Below, piece by piece: positions 1 to 13,039 of a DNA stretch of 64,000 nucleotides. This DNA comes from Octopus sinensis. Lineage: Eukaryota. Position 1 is the first letter of the stretch, and every line of letters begins with the position of its first letter. The position numbers were made by a program, and so were the translations under genes. Location: NCBI RefSeq assembly GCF_006345805.1, contig NC_043015.1:52080001-52144000 (forward strand), written 5' to 3'. Under the pieces are notes generated by a model. It was not told the DNA's origin, made no database searches, and worked only from the letters and a program-made list of their open reading frames with translations.

Positions 1-57
1 GCCGCAGCATGGCCGCAGCGTGGCTGCAGCCTTCGAGTTGAAACATTTTTAAGGATA

Positions 58-71
58 TATATATTTTAATA

Positions 72-137
<66 letters not shown>

Positions 138-150
138 GCATATATATATG
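58..150. repeat. (TA)n microsatellite
   Basis: Direct reading of the TA run. Confidence 0.95.
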
Positions 151-1437
151 TGTGTATTGACACACACCCATGAAATCATATTTAAGGCCATTCACATTTT
201 AACGTTATCAGTTATATACAAATAAATCGCTGGTGGGATTGAGCCTCGAGATACAAAGATAAAGTCAGTGTTGGTGAAATTAAAATAGCAACAACAACGG
301 CACCATATTATTGCTGCTGCTGTTGTTGTTGTTGTCGTCGTCGTCGTCATCATTGCCGTTCTCATTCGAGTTTTCGTTTCCAATTTATATCTTTGTCTTC
401 GCAATATTTCAAGGTGTTTAATAATAATAAGTTTCTGTATTACGACTTTAGTCGCTCAACGTGGCTCCAATAATGCAATAACTGTGTTTTCTAGCCTCCA
501 GCTAGAACATACAGTTATCCGCAGAGTTTTACACTCCCCCATATATATTAGATATATCAACAACAACAACAACAACAACCATAATCATAATAATAATAAT
601 GATGACGATGATGATGGTGATTATGATGAGGGTAATGATATTAATAATAATAACTACTGAGGATATATTCAATATATTTACGTATGTACGAGTATGTACG
701 TGCAGATACGAAGGACCGTAAGTGTTGAAAAAGAAAATATGAAATTTTAGTGCGTGAGTGAAGAACGAATCAATATAAACAAACACATACATATATACAT
801 ATACACACACATGCACGAACGCATACAAGCACTCACACGTATATATATTACACACACACCCACACAAAAACACATGTATATAGATAGAGATATTCACATA
901 TGCCTATGCACGCTCTATACACACATTACTAGTTCACAGACAAATTGAGTATTTTTAAGATCTGTCCTCTGTTTTCTAAAGTTATTGACTTTTTTTCTAT
1001 CTTGAAATGACACCTATCCAACCCTTTGCGTTTCAAGGCAAGCACGATAAAAAAAAATGGTTTATTACCAGTTTTCAATATGGTAAATATCTTGAAAATA
1101 CAGAATATCAGAGTTTGGAACCAATTATTAATAATATTTTTTGGATATTTCCTGTATAAGGTGGAATAGAAATATACTGCAAATTGAATTATTCCTAAGC
1201 AAATAATTCGTTCCGTATATTTTTATGAGTGTCGGTGTAGAGTTAAAGAAGAGAAAGGAAAAAAAAAGCTGCAACGGATTCGGTGAAATTGGACTAAGAT
1301 GTCTTGTGGTTGTTTTGAGATTATGCAAACCACGTGATCAGTGGTTGCTATTTACTTGTACTACGCCTTATGAAAATATTCCGACATTCCGACATACATG
1401 GATATCTATATTGATGTATGCATGTGTGTGTGATTAA

Positions 1438-1481
1438 ATATATATATATATAAAAAAAGAGTATATATATATATATATATA

Positions 1482-1526
<45 letters not shown>

Positions 1527-1528
1527 AC

Positions 1529-1585
<57 letters not shown>

Positions 1586-1597
1586 TATATATATATA
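1438..1597. repeat. (TA)n microsatellite
   Basis: Direct reading; source of the spurious poly-IY ORFs. Confidence 0.95.
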
Positions 1598-1710
1598 AAG
1601 TTAATCCAAACAAGAAAACACAGAAAAAAAGAGAAAAAAACACAGCAACGCAGGACGTGGAACAATTAAAGTATTATTGACGCTCAGGAAAGAAGGGAAG
1701 GAGGGTTTAA
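1598..1710 (-). mobile_element. Partial Penelope-like/retrozyme-like terminal repeat
   Basis: aagttaatccaaac..aacgcaggacgtggaacaa..gtattattgacgctcagga..aacgtttcaagcg aligns with the copy at 25440-25560. Confidence 0.6.
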
Positions 1711-1732
1711 CGTTTCAAGCGTATATACATAT

Positions 1733-1781
<49 letters not shown>

Positions 1782-1974
1782 ACACGCACACTCACATGCA
1801 CATATACACGTACATACACACACTCGCGCGCTCATATGCAAATATATATATATATATATATATATGCCTAAATACAATTTATCAGCGCTGTAAGTTGTTA
1901 GTTTTTTCATGCTGGGATAACACATTCCAGGTTTTTCCGCCCGTGTGCCTCAGCAGGACACAAGATGCAGGCGC

Positions 1975-2150
1975 GAACAGATACACATCACCGCATCCAT
2001 ATTTATCTCTCTCCGTTGTTTTCTTTTCACATTTCTTTCTGTGGAAGGGCATCGGTTCGAAACTTTAGAAACCACTTCCATTTTTCCTAAGCGTCTTTTT
2101 GTTGTTCTTTTACATTACTCTGTTTTTTTTTTGTATATATTTTTGTATAT
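1975..2150 (+). mobile_element. Penelope-like terminal repeat with hammerhead-like motif
   Basis: ttctgtggaagggcatcggttcgaaact..tttttcctaagcgt is homologous to the 6500-6680 copy. Confidence 0.5.
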
Positions 2151-3204
2151 TTCTGAACTATTTGTGTGGGTGTTGTATGTGTTATGTGTTGTGTTGTGTC
2201 TATACATATATGTAAGTATATATGTGTTTATAAGGGGGTGCTACAAAATACTTGGACTTAAGTATATCGCAGAAGGCATGGTTGTTGGCCGAGTGTTCCA
2301 ATTTCTTTCACTGAGCCTAGAATAACTGAAGGACCACTGCAATAGGTGTTGTAATATGAAAGGTGAACATGTTGAATAAAATTGCAATAATTGACTGCTC
2401 CCCTCTGTTTTCTTTTACCCCATGCCAGGAACTTTCCAGTCTTCTTCCATATATATTTATATATATATAATACGGTGAGGCACTTGCATAGCAAGTGACC
2501 TGATCTGAGATCGTGTGCTGGAACGAAAACAATTGCAGCGTGGAAGGTGTTTATAAGCCATTTAAGAAACACACAAAAACCGTTAGATTCACTTCAACAT
2601 TTAAATTTAATTTGCCAAAATATTTTCGTCGCTTTGAGACCGCGAATGCTAGTTCTTAAATGTATGTATGTATGTAGTATGTATGTATGTATGTATGTAT
2701 GTATGTATGTATGTATGTATGTTTATTCGTATATACCCATGACTGCGCGTAAACAATAGCATAGTAAAGAAATATGTATAGGTACTGTGTCAAAAAAGTT
2801 AGATTTTTTGACAGTATGATTGATCGTAAAGCTTTCATATCAAATGAGTGGTCAAATCATTTTCTGCATGACTGCTTATCTGATTGATTGATTGATTGAC
2901 TATTTATGCTTACTAATTTCTTTCGAAAAATTGAAACGCTGATACTTTTTTGTTCTTTTTTTCTCTATCTCTGATGTATTTGTCAGTGTTTAAAAGCCTC
3001 CCATGTTAAACGGATCGATGTAAAAATAATTTTTAGCGAGGCCATACTATCGCTGACTGTACAGTATATTTCTATGGTGTAATATATCTGCCTCTTCTCC
3101 CAGACGGTAGATATGTTTTTAGACCATCCAGCTATATTTGACATCCATCTAATAATTAGGCCTGAACAGAGATGATGGACTATGTTTTTCTTTCAAGATA
3201 ATGA

Positions 3205-3682
3205 TTTCTTAGAACTTTTAGAACAAGAGACCAGGAAACCATGATGGTCTCCTGGAGGACAATTGTCCTAAGCCACCTTGACTATTGCTCTCAGATATAG
3301 TCACCAACCAGTGTCAAATTGGTCTCAGAACTTGAGGCATTCCAACGAAGCTACACGAAGAAGATAGCCTCTATGCAACATATAAGCTATTGGGAAAGAT
3401 TCAAGAGATTAAGACTCTATTCATTAGAGCGTAGGCGAGAAAGATATTCCATAATATACATCTGGAAGATCCTGGAAGGACTTGTCCCAAACTTTGGCAT
3501 AGAGAGCTACAAATATACTAGAAATGGGCGCCACTGCATAGTGCCAAGGACTCCAAATTTGCCATCAAGATGTAGGACAAGCCTGGGCTTCAGAGGTCCA
3601 CAGCTCATCAATAGCACCTCAGAGACCTGCATGGAGTGGATGTAGGTGTCTTCAAAATAAAGTTGGCCCTCTTCCTGTCAGG
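3205..3682 (+). pseudogene. CR1/L2-like LINE ORF2 C-terminal fragment (5'-truncated)
   Basis: Translation LSHLDYCSQI*SP..ELEAFQRSYTKKI..RLYSLERRRERYSIIYIWKILEGLVPN; YSLERRR motif typical of CR1/L2-group ORF2; homologous to 62780-63200. Confidence 0.85.
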
Positions 3683-3850
3683 CCAACTTCCTCCGTCTTC
3701 CCTTCTTTTGGACTTTCCTCTATTTGTGAAGAAGAGCTTTGCTCGAAACGTAAAATCCTCTTTCTTTCCTTTCCTGAGCGTCTGATAATACACTACCTCT
3801 ACCACGTCCTCGCATTGTTGTTTTTTTTGTTTGTTCTTCTTTGTTTGGAT
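3683..3850 (+). mobile_element. Penelope-like terminal repeat with hammerhead-like motif
   Basis: gtgaagaagagctttgctcgaaacgtaaaat..cctgagcgtctgataatac..accacgtcctcgcattg; reverse-complement homologue of 25420-25640. Confidence 0.55.
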
Positions 3851-3900
<50 letters not shown>

Positions 3901-3913
3901 ATATATAAATATA

Positions 3914-4665
3914 TACGAAGGGGTTCCCAAAAGTAACCGGAAACGTTCTTTGTGAGTCTAGCCTGCTGTAGTGCCTCTCCTTTGTCCGTCGATTTTTGCG
4001 ATAGCAGAAACGTAAGAACAGTGTGCTTCCTCGAAATTCTGTTTTCTGCTGGGGAAAACAGCGGCCGAAACAATTGTCATGCTTCAAAATGCTTACAAAG
4101 ACACTGCCATGAGCGAAACACAAGTTTAGGTTTGGTTTCTACGCTTGAAAACCAAACTCCCCAAAAAACGAAAACGCCATGACAATTGGTGAACTGATCT
4201 TGGATGACGTCACCGAACAATTGATAAACTTGTTCATATGACTGGCGTGTACTGGAACTCCTGCAAATGAATTTTGAACGAGAAATTTCGAATGAAAAGA
4301 GTTTCCACAAAATTTGTGCCTCACTTGTTCATGGATGATCAATAGTAGTCACGACTGAATGAGTGTCGTAAACTGAAAGAACAGCTTCAAGTCCATCTAG
4401 ACCTTTTCTCGAAGGTCATCACTGGTGACGAAAGATGGTGTTAAGGAATTCGTAAATGTGGAAGAGGTGAAACAAAAAAAAATGACGGAGGCGTTAAAAG
4501 GTGTCCATTAGCAAGAGTCCCAACACTACTTGGAAGAGTGTAAAAAGCGCCTGGGCAGATACATTGCTTCAAATGGAGAATATTTTGAAGGCGATATAAG
4601 TGTAAACATCTAAAATTAAGTGAATAGAATATTGCAAAATATTATTTTCTTTAGGTTACCCCCTC

Positions 4666-4668
<3 letters not shown>
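3914..4668 (+). mobile_element. Internally deleted mariner element
   Basis: Degenerate TIRs tacgaaggggttcccaaaag / taggttaccccctcata; transposase remnants MKRVSTKFVPHL..SKVITGDERWC joined directly to the C-terminus ..KKRLGRYIASNGEYFEGD. Confidence 0.8.
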
Positions 4669-4724
<56 letters not shown>

Positions 4725-5044
4725 GTATATCATATATTAGAGATGTGCCAAAGCAGTGCCAATAACCAATACCTAATCTATAACTTGAGTAATCGAAGAC
4801 GGTGCAATCATATGGACCATCGATTGTGATCAATTCAAATTTATTGATTCAAATCAAAGACCAAAATTATTTGTGTCAATAGCTGAGTATCCACAAAGTG
4901 TGAAATTGTTAGTGGTAAAGGAAGGCAAGGATAATCCAGTAATTTAATAAAAAATATGCAAGCACTCACACCTACACACATATAACTACATATATATATG
5001 TCTGTGTATGTGTGTGTACGTATATATTTCTTACATATTGACTG

Positions 5045-5335
5045 ACTCAGTGGTACTCCGTCGTTTACGACGGCGATGGTTCCAGCTGATCCGTTTAACA
5101 GAACACCCTGCTCGTGCAATTAACGTGCAAGGGGCTGAACACCCCAGAGACATTCGTACCCAGAACACAGTTCTCGAGGTGTTTCAGCGTGACACAGAAT
5201 GTGACAACGCTGGCCCCTTTGAAATACGGGCATCTCTCCTTTTTGTCAGCTGAGTGATCTGACAAAAATGTCTGAAGGACGATGTGTCTCCAGGATTCGA
5301 ACTCTTGATCTGACGATCATGAGCTGAATGCCTGT
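5045..5335 (-). mobile_element. tRNA-derived SINE, family C (OR1/OR2-like), degenerate
   Basis: Reverse-complement match to the tail of the 55705-56090 copy; B-box ggattcgaactc near 5292. Confidence 0.75.
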
Positions 5336-5379
5336 ATTTTCATATATCCAGATAGATACATGGATAGATAAATAGATAG

Positions 5380-5430
5380 ATAGATACACATACTTATATA
5401 TACATATATACGCATATGTATATATATATA

Positions 5431-5483
<53 letters not shown>

Positions 5484-5493
5484 ATATATATAC

Positions 5494-5524
<31 letters not shown>

Positions 5525-5536
5525 CGCATATATATA

Positions 5537-5581
<45 letters not shown>

Positions 5582-5620
5582 TATATACATATATATTATA
5601 TATATAATATATATATACAT
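5380..5620. repeat. (TA)n/(TACA)n microsatellite
   Basis: Direct reading. Confidence 0.9.
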
Positions 5621-6489
5621 GCATATACATAGAAATTAAAATATTGTCTACACATAGAACAGATGCAACAATCAGACGAATTACAGAAGCTACACACATA
5701 ATAGAAAATAAACGTAGCCTGAATAGAAAACTAGAATGGAACACTAGCACACACCACAACATATGACGGTAGAGGATCCCGAAAACATAATAAATACACA
5801 GATAAATAAACAAATAGAAATAAATAACTATATTTTTTTCCGATTTATTATTATTATTACTAGTATTGTTGTTATACATACATACATGCATACAAGCATA
5901 AGTAATGATAATAATAAGTGGATGTAAACACATGAACAAAATAAGAATAAACAAAAACAACAACAACAAAAACAAATTACATGAACGTATATAAATAGAA
6001 GATACAAATATTACAGGCATCCCCCCCACACATACACACTAAATAAACATAGACGCACATAGGGATATAAGCATGCACAAATGAAGACATACAATAGAAA
6101 TACAAAATGGCTGACGGTTAGTAAGGAGAGACACACAAATAAGAAAGAAGAAAACAAAGGACCACTGATGCGGTCACAGGAGTGTGACGAAAGAACTCTG
6201 GCCGAAATAAGATTAAGATTAATGTAAAAAATAAATAACAATGAAGCAAAATAACACCAAATATATAGTGCATGTGGCTAAACTGGCAAATTGGCTAAAC
6301 TGGCAAAATGACCATTCCGAAATATAACAATATCTGTTTCAACACACGACTTTACATAAAACATCTTGCACAACAAATATATATATATATATTATATTAT
6401 ATATATGCGTACGCGCACATTCGTTTTGGGATCACCACCTCTTTGTTATCTCCCCTTCTCTCTATCTCTCCTGTGTGACCCTTCTGTCC

Positions 6490-6680
6490 GGCCTTCACCA
6501 TGATAGATCGCCAGCGGCTACACATTCTTTATTTTCCCTCCTGCTTCTTTCTGTGATCCTTTCTGTGGAAGAGCGTAGGCTCGAAACGTTAAAGACTTTT
6601 TCACTTCTCGAGCGTTATACTAATACATCTGTTTGTTGTCCACACCACCTCTCTTTTTTTTGTTTTTTTGTGTATTCTCC
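6490..6680 (+). mobile_element. Penelope-like terminal repeat with hammerhead-like motif
   Basis: tttctgtggaagagcgtaggctcgaaacgttaaagac followed by cgagcgttatactaatacatctgtttgttgtccacaccacc. Confidence 0.6.
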
Positions 6681-6699
6681 CTATATATATATATATACA

Positions 6700-7007
<308 letters not shown>

Positions 7008-7767
7008 ATTTTTATATAGAAAATAGAGTTGGTATGTAGAAAATAAAATTGATAGATTGATGTATACGAATGTGTAAGTACGCTGGTGTGTATGCTTGTA
7101 TTGTCTTCTCTCCGTGTTTGCTTTGTCTACACTTGTGTATGTATTTCTATGTGTGTACACGTTTATGTCGTGTGATTGTGTGTACGCAAATATCGGTGTA
7201 TACATGTTTATATGTGACTGTCCGTCTGTGATTAAATGCATCACCGCTCCTCCATCTCCCTCCGCCTACACACAACCAACTCCATCTCCCCCAACTAACC
7301 GCCACCCTACCTCTTTACCGCATCTTGCTCGACGCTTTGTCTGAGCAATCAATTCTCGTTTTTTGGCAAGCCAGTACCAGGTCCTCACCTCGTGACCTAG
7401 CATTGCCACACTTGTATAACGGCGAAGTGGAAACAAACATTCTTTGCTTGGAATTATGATTAACGATCGTTTATCGACGACCATCTTCAACCCTACAACT
7501 TCTTGTTTGTCTTCTATTCTTGTTGCTGGTTGTTGTTGTCGTTGCTGCGGCCTTCCTTCTTTACACTATGTTTTTTAATTCAATATATATATATATATAT
7601 AGTTTTTTATGTATTTGTTTTTTTGTGTGTGTTTTTTGTGTGTCGTCTGCTCAATCTTACAATTGTTAAAGCTGATATCATCATAGTTATGTTTTGAAAT
7701 ATTATTTTCCTCTTTTTCTTTTCATCGTCCCAATTTATTTCCCGTTTCTTCAACCTTTTCTAACCTT

Positions 7768-7910
7768 TATCATCCTCATCATCATCATCATTGTCCTCCT
7801 CCTCCTCCTCATCATCATCATCTTCTTTTTCTTCTTCTTTCTTCTTCTTCTTCTTCTTCTTCTCCTCCTCCTCGTCCTTTTCTTCTTCTTCTTCTTCTTC
7901 TTCTTCTTCT

Positions 7911-7957
<47 letters not shown>

Positions 7958-7958
7958 T
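7768..7958. repeat. (CAT)/(CCT)/(CTT)n compound trinucleotide repeat
   Basis: Direct reading; gives the poly-E/S/F/R ORFs. Confidence 0.95.
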
Positions 7959-8184
7959 GTTGCCAACTACCGCTGCTGTTTTCTTTAAATAGAATGTCTT
8001 CATCTAATAATCGTCATCAACAAAGCGACGGAATGGCTACGCTGTAGATCGACCAGCTCAAAATAGCAGCCACTTCCCTCACCTAGCCTGCTCCTGCCTT
8101 CAACAATTAAGAACAAATTCGGCATCTTAGTTTTTAGAGGGGAGGGGGGAAAGGCGATACTATGAATACATTTATTCTGTAACA

Positions 8185-8393
8185 TTTTTCAGTCATTTGA
8201 CTGCGGCCATGCTTGAGCAGAGCCTTGAAGGATTTTAGTCGAACAAATCGATCCCAAGGATGCTTTTTTATGACTAGTACTTATTTTATCGGTCTGTGTT
8301 GCCGAACCGTTAAGTTAAGGGGACGTAAATACACGAACAATAGTTGTCAAGCGGTGATGGGGGACAAACACATACACATACACACACACATAC

Positions 8394-8436
<43 letters not shown>

Positions 8437-8531
8437 ATATATACGACCGGCTTCTTTCAACCTCCATGCCCCAAATTCTACTCACTAGACTTTGGTCGCC
8501 TCGAGGTAGAAGACACTTGCTCAAGGTGCCA
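8185..8531 (-). mobile_element. tRNA-derived SINE, family A (OK-like), 5'-truncated
   Basis: tcagtcatttgactgcggccatgct..ttgccgaaccgttaag..internal microsatellite..agaagacacttgctcaaggtgcca; matches the full copy at 41277-41670. Confidence 0.85.
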
Positions 8532-8719
8532 AATTTCATGAAATATTTAACAAATCAGATTCGATGAGCCACCGTGATACAATTATCGTATCGAGCCAGA
8601 TAAATAAATGATCATAATTCAAATATTATTAATGTTGAATCTAAGATTTCCCATAATCTTTGGTATCTTGCGTAAGAAATTTCGAACTTACATCGTAGTT
8701 AATTCATTTCTTTTTGGCT

Positions 8720-8957
8720 TTTAGCCAGAAGAGGAAACAGCGGCTACAATGGCTCACAGCCTTCAGAGGTTGGCGGGAAGGAGGGTGGAAGGTAACCTCA
8801 AACTGGAGACCTTCTTTTAATGCTAAACGCATCCAAGTTACGATGTATTAAGTGTAGTTTAAGGATATTGAACGAAACACCCATGTTTCCATAGGTGATT
8901 TATCCAAACCCCAAAGAATTCCTCTCAACACATGACTATGATGCTCCCCCTACTTCT
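8720..8957 (-). mobile_element. Possible 3' remnant of an RLE-type LINE
   Basis: Weak minus-strand translation ..NSLGFG.. and ..KKVSSLRL resembles the TVGFE / EVSSLGF motifs of RLE domains; inference only. Confidence 0.25.
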
Positions 8958-8967
8958 GTGCATCACT

Positions 8968-9250
8968 TGGGTCGATATTATCGACTTAATCCGTTTGTCT
9001 GTCCTTGTTTGTCCTCTCTGCGTTTAGCCCCTTGTGGGCAATAAAGAAATAAGAATTGTTAGAAGGCAGGGGGAAATGCTTAGCGGCATTTCATCCGCTT
9101 TGATGTTCTTAGTTCAAATTCTGCTGAGGTCGACTTCACCTTTCATCCTGTTCGGATCAATAAAATAAATACCAGTTGAACACTAGGGTCGATGTAATCA
9201 ACATATCCCCTTCCCCAATATTGTTGGCCTTTTGCCAAAATTTGAAAGCA
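8968..9250 (+). mobile_element. tRNA-derived SINE, family B (long tail plus second unit)
   Basis: gggtcgatattatcgacttaatccgtttgtctgtcc.. then gaaatgcttagcggcatttc..agttcaaattc..gtcgacttcacctttcatcc. Confidence 0.8.
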
Positions 9251-9469
9251 ATGTAGTAAATATCCTAGCATACAGAAATCCAAAGTTTGGAATAAGTATT
9301 CAGAAGCATTACTGGATATTTGCTGCATAAGCACGAATTAGAATTTACTGCAAATATAATTATTGGGAATCGAGTTTTCCCTTGGACAACATCGGTATTT
9401 CAGACAGTGGAAGACATCTGTTTGCTCGTCTAAAAGCCTTCCAAGAAAAATTAACTGGTGTAGGTCTGC

Positions 9470-9630
9470 TCATTGTTCAGGCAAATTACTCAGCGGCATT
9501 TCATCCGTCTTTATGTTTTGAGTTTAAGCCTAGGTCGACTTAGCTTTTCATCATTTCAGGGTAATGAAATAAATGCCATTTGATGTAACCGACTTATTCC
9601 CTGGCTTTGAGCTAAAATTTGAAATCATTA
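9470..9630 (+). mobile_element. tRNA-derived SINE, family B, degenerate
   Basis: cagcggcatttcatccgtctttatgttttgagtt..gtcgacttagcttttcatc. Confidence 0.7.
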
Positions 9631-9787
9631 TTTTAAAATTTGAACTCCTGGAGACCTGCATACGCACAGACAGCAGTAAGATGTTATACGTTTTTTCAAC
9701 TACCTAATACATTCCTCATCATTATGGCCGTGCTAAAGACGCCAACCTTTTATAACAGCTCTTCTGGGTACGCTATTCCAATTTCCT

Positions 9788-9805
9788 TTATTATTATTAT
9801 TATTA

Positions 9806-9868
<63 letters not shown>
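9788..9868. repeat. (TTA)n microsatellite
   Basis: Direct reading. Confidence 0.95.
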
Positions 9869-10047
9869 GCTGATCGTGACCAGAGATGCACATATCGTTA
9901 GCCACTAAGGTGCATGTTCAACTGCCAAGCAAATCTGTGGTATCGAGCAGAATATTTGCTGTAGTCCAGTTTTTATACCAAGACAAAACAATGTACATAG
10001 TAACACTTCCAATCAGTTAAGATTAGAAGCTATGAAAGCCACTGCTA

Positions 10048-10059
10048 TATTATTATTAT

Positions 10060-10096
<37 letters not shown>

Positions 10097-10103
10097 AGTG
10101 TTG

Positions 10104-10135
<32 letters not shown>

Positions 10136-10136
10136 G

Positions 10137-10179
<43 letters not shown>

Positions 10180-10206
10180 ATGTTGTAGTAGTAGTAGTAG
10201 TAGTAA
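10048..10206. repeat. (TAG)/(TGG)/(TTG)n compound repeat
   Basis: Direct reading. Confidence 0.95.
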
Positions 10207-10600
10207 ATAGACACGGTGTTCAAGCGGGGGAGTGACAGAATAGATGGATCGGTGAAAAGAGTGGTTGGGGAAAAACAAGATGGAGTAGACATATTAGATG
10301 GAATAGATGGAGAGGGAGTATGTGTGTGCATGTGTGTGTGTCTGCGGAGTGTGTGTATGTGTGTGCGTGTGTGCGGGGGTGGGTGTATTATTAGTGCAGG
10401 TATATGTGAGTATGTGCATGTTTCTGTATGCACGAATGTGTGTTTGGAAGATCGAAGAGACCAAACGATGCAATCTGTGAAGAAATGGGAAGGATAAGGG
10501 AAGAGATCTGATGAGCTATTTGTCATACATAGAAGAAATGTCATTTATCAAATCTTACGATTGGATTCTAATGCTCGGCATGGTGAAGAAGGCTTTAGGT

Positions 10601-10676
<76 letters not shown>

Positions 10677-10995
10677 TTTTTATCTTATATTAAACTTTTT
10701 AATAGTTTTTGATAGTCATACATATTTAATATATATATATATATAAATAAATTTAAAAAATTAAAAAGTAAAAATATTAAAAAAATAATAAATAAGTAAA
10801 AAATTAAAAGTTAAAAATTTATGAATATAAATTTATAATTTTAATTTTGAATTTAAATAATTTAAATTTTTAAATTTTATATTTTATATATTTTGTATAT
10901 TATATTAATTATTTTAAATTTTTATGTTTTGGTTTATGTTTTTCATTGTTAGATTTGCCTAATAGTGGTTTTATCTCTAATTTAATTTATATATC

Positions 10996-11038
<43 letters not shown>

Positions 11039-11370
11039 GAGTGTGTAAAAGTTGTAGAGCAATGACCAATATATGGAATCGTGGAATCATGAAGTTCATA
11101 CAGAAAGCGCCTCTAATGGATCCAGGTATCACATCACACAATAATCTAATACAGACGACTAACGCAGTGTTCTATGCAGCTGAATATCACAAAGATCCAA
11201 TGAATGAGATTATTTCATGAGGAGTGTATAAGCCATAAAAACTCAGAAGGTATGAGAGATGGATATATTTAATTTGTTATCCTCAGGTTTACGGCTGCTT
11301 CGAAGCGTATGTATGTCTGTATGTGGACATACACACACAAACACATACAACACGCACACGCACTCATATT

Positions 11371-11413
<43 letters not shown>

Positions 11414-11993
11414 CATACAGAGAGAGAGAGAGAGAGAAATATAGAGAGACATGGATATACATATTTATGCGAAAATACATATTCACACACTCATATACAT
11501 CTGTGTATGTACCATATATACTAAGGTAGATAAAGTGGTACTTTTTTTAGTTGAAATGTAATTTCCTATAAAATACCTTTTAGCTGATCTAAATTTACTA
11601 CCGTAATAAAACTATATACGATAATATTTATGGCATTCTTTTGGCTACGACGTAATACCAAGAAATGCGAATCAAGCAATGTACTAGTGGCTTATCTGAG
11701 AAACTGTGCGTACGCATGGACGTTTATGAATATTTATATACATAAGATAATGTTTCTTGTTACGAGACATTATCTACTCGTGTAATCTTTATATAAGTTA
11801 TACCAATTTCAGACACTACTGACTCGCTGCAGGTCTATATTTATTGTTTAGTTGCCTGCAGTGGAATAATATAAAGAAATGAGCGGAAAGAGAACACTGG
11901 AAATTTTGGAGGTTAATAGTCAATCAGGGACCCATGGAATCACATCGCCCGAAAACTTGCAGGAATTTGCAAACTCTTACTCCATTAGGAAAC

Positions 11994-12035
<42 letters not shown>

Positions 12036-12059
12036 ATGTTTTAAAATACGCATATATAT

Positions 12060-12135
<76 letters not shown>

Positions 12136-12188
12136 AAATAAACATATATATATATAAACATACATATATATACGTATATATATATATT

Positions 12189-12236
<48 letters not shown>

Positions 12237-13039
12237 CAGTATGTGTATGTGTGTGTGTGCGCGTAAATTTGTATTTGAATAGGTAAATAATTGGATAAAT
12301 GGAGTGTGATATAAGAAAACTGCTTCTTAGACGGAAGCATATACATATATATTTATAAAACATTAAAATTCAGTTTGATTCTTGCTTGTTTGCAATGTTA
12401 CTCAGCCAAACTGGCGCATAATGGAAAAATATTATGAATTAAGTTTACTTCGAAATGTTAATACGAATGGAATAAAAGAGGTTTTCCGTATATCGGGACA
12501 TGTAGTTTTAAAGATATTAGAGTCTTTTAGGTATAAGTACCCAAAACGGTGCATAGTGAGAAAATATTCCGAAAATAATTTCATTCTGAAACAGAAGAAA
12601 CTCTATCTTTCTACTAGACATAGTGCCTTGACAACGAAAAAATGCGAGTTTTTATAATAAATGTTTTTTTTTTTTTGGCTTTTGTTAAACACAATATTTT
12701 AATCCTTTAGAAATATTTTTCGGTGACTGTCATTTCAAAAATATAAGCTGTTTCTAGAGTATTTATATTTTAGCTTTCTTTAAACTGACAATATTTTAAT
12801 GTTTCTTTAAATTATTTTCAAGTGAATATCATTACAAACATTTCTTTTTGGCATATTTAAAAATATTTTAAAGTGAATATAACATTAAAAATACGGTAAA
12901 TATTTCGTACAATACCCGTTCGTTATTCAGTTTGAAATAGGTTTTTTCCATAGTTTTTTCGAGTGCATTCAACGTATCTCACCTCTAAAGATTTGGCTGC
13001 TAGTCCTAGCACACCCTATTACAACGTAACAGCTATTTG

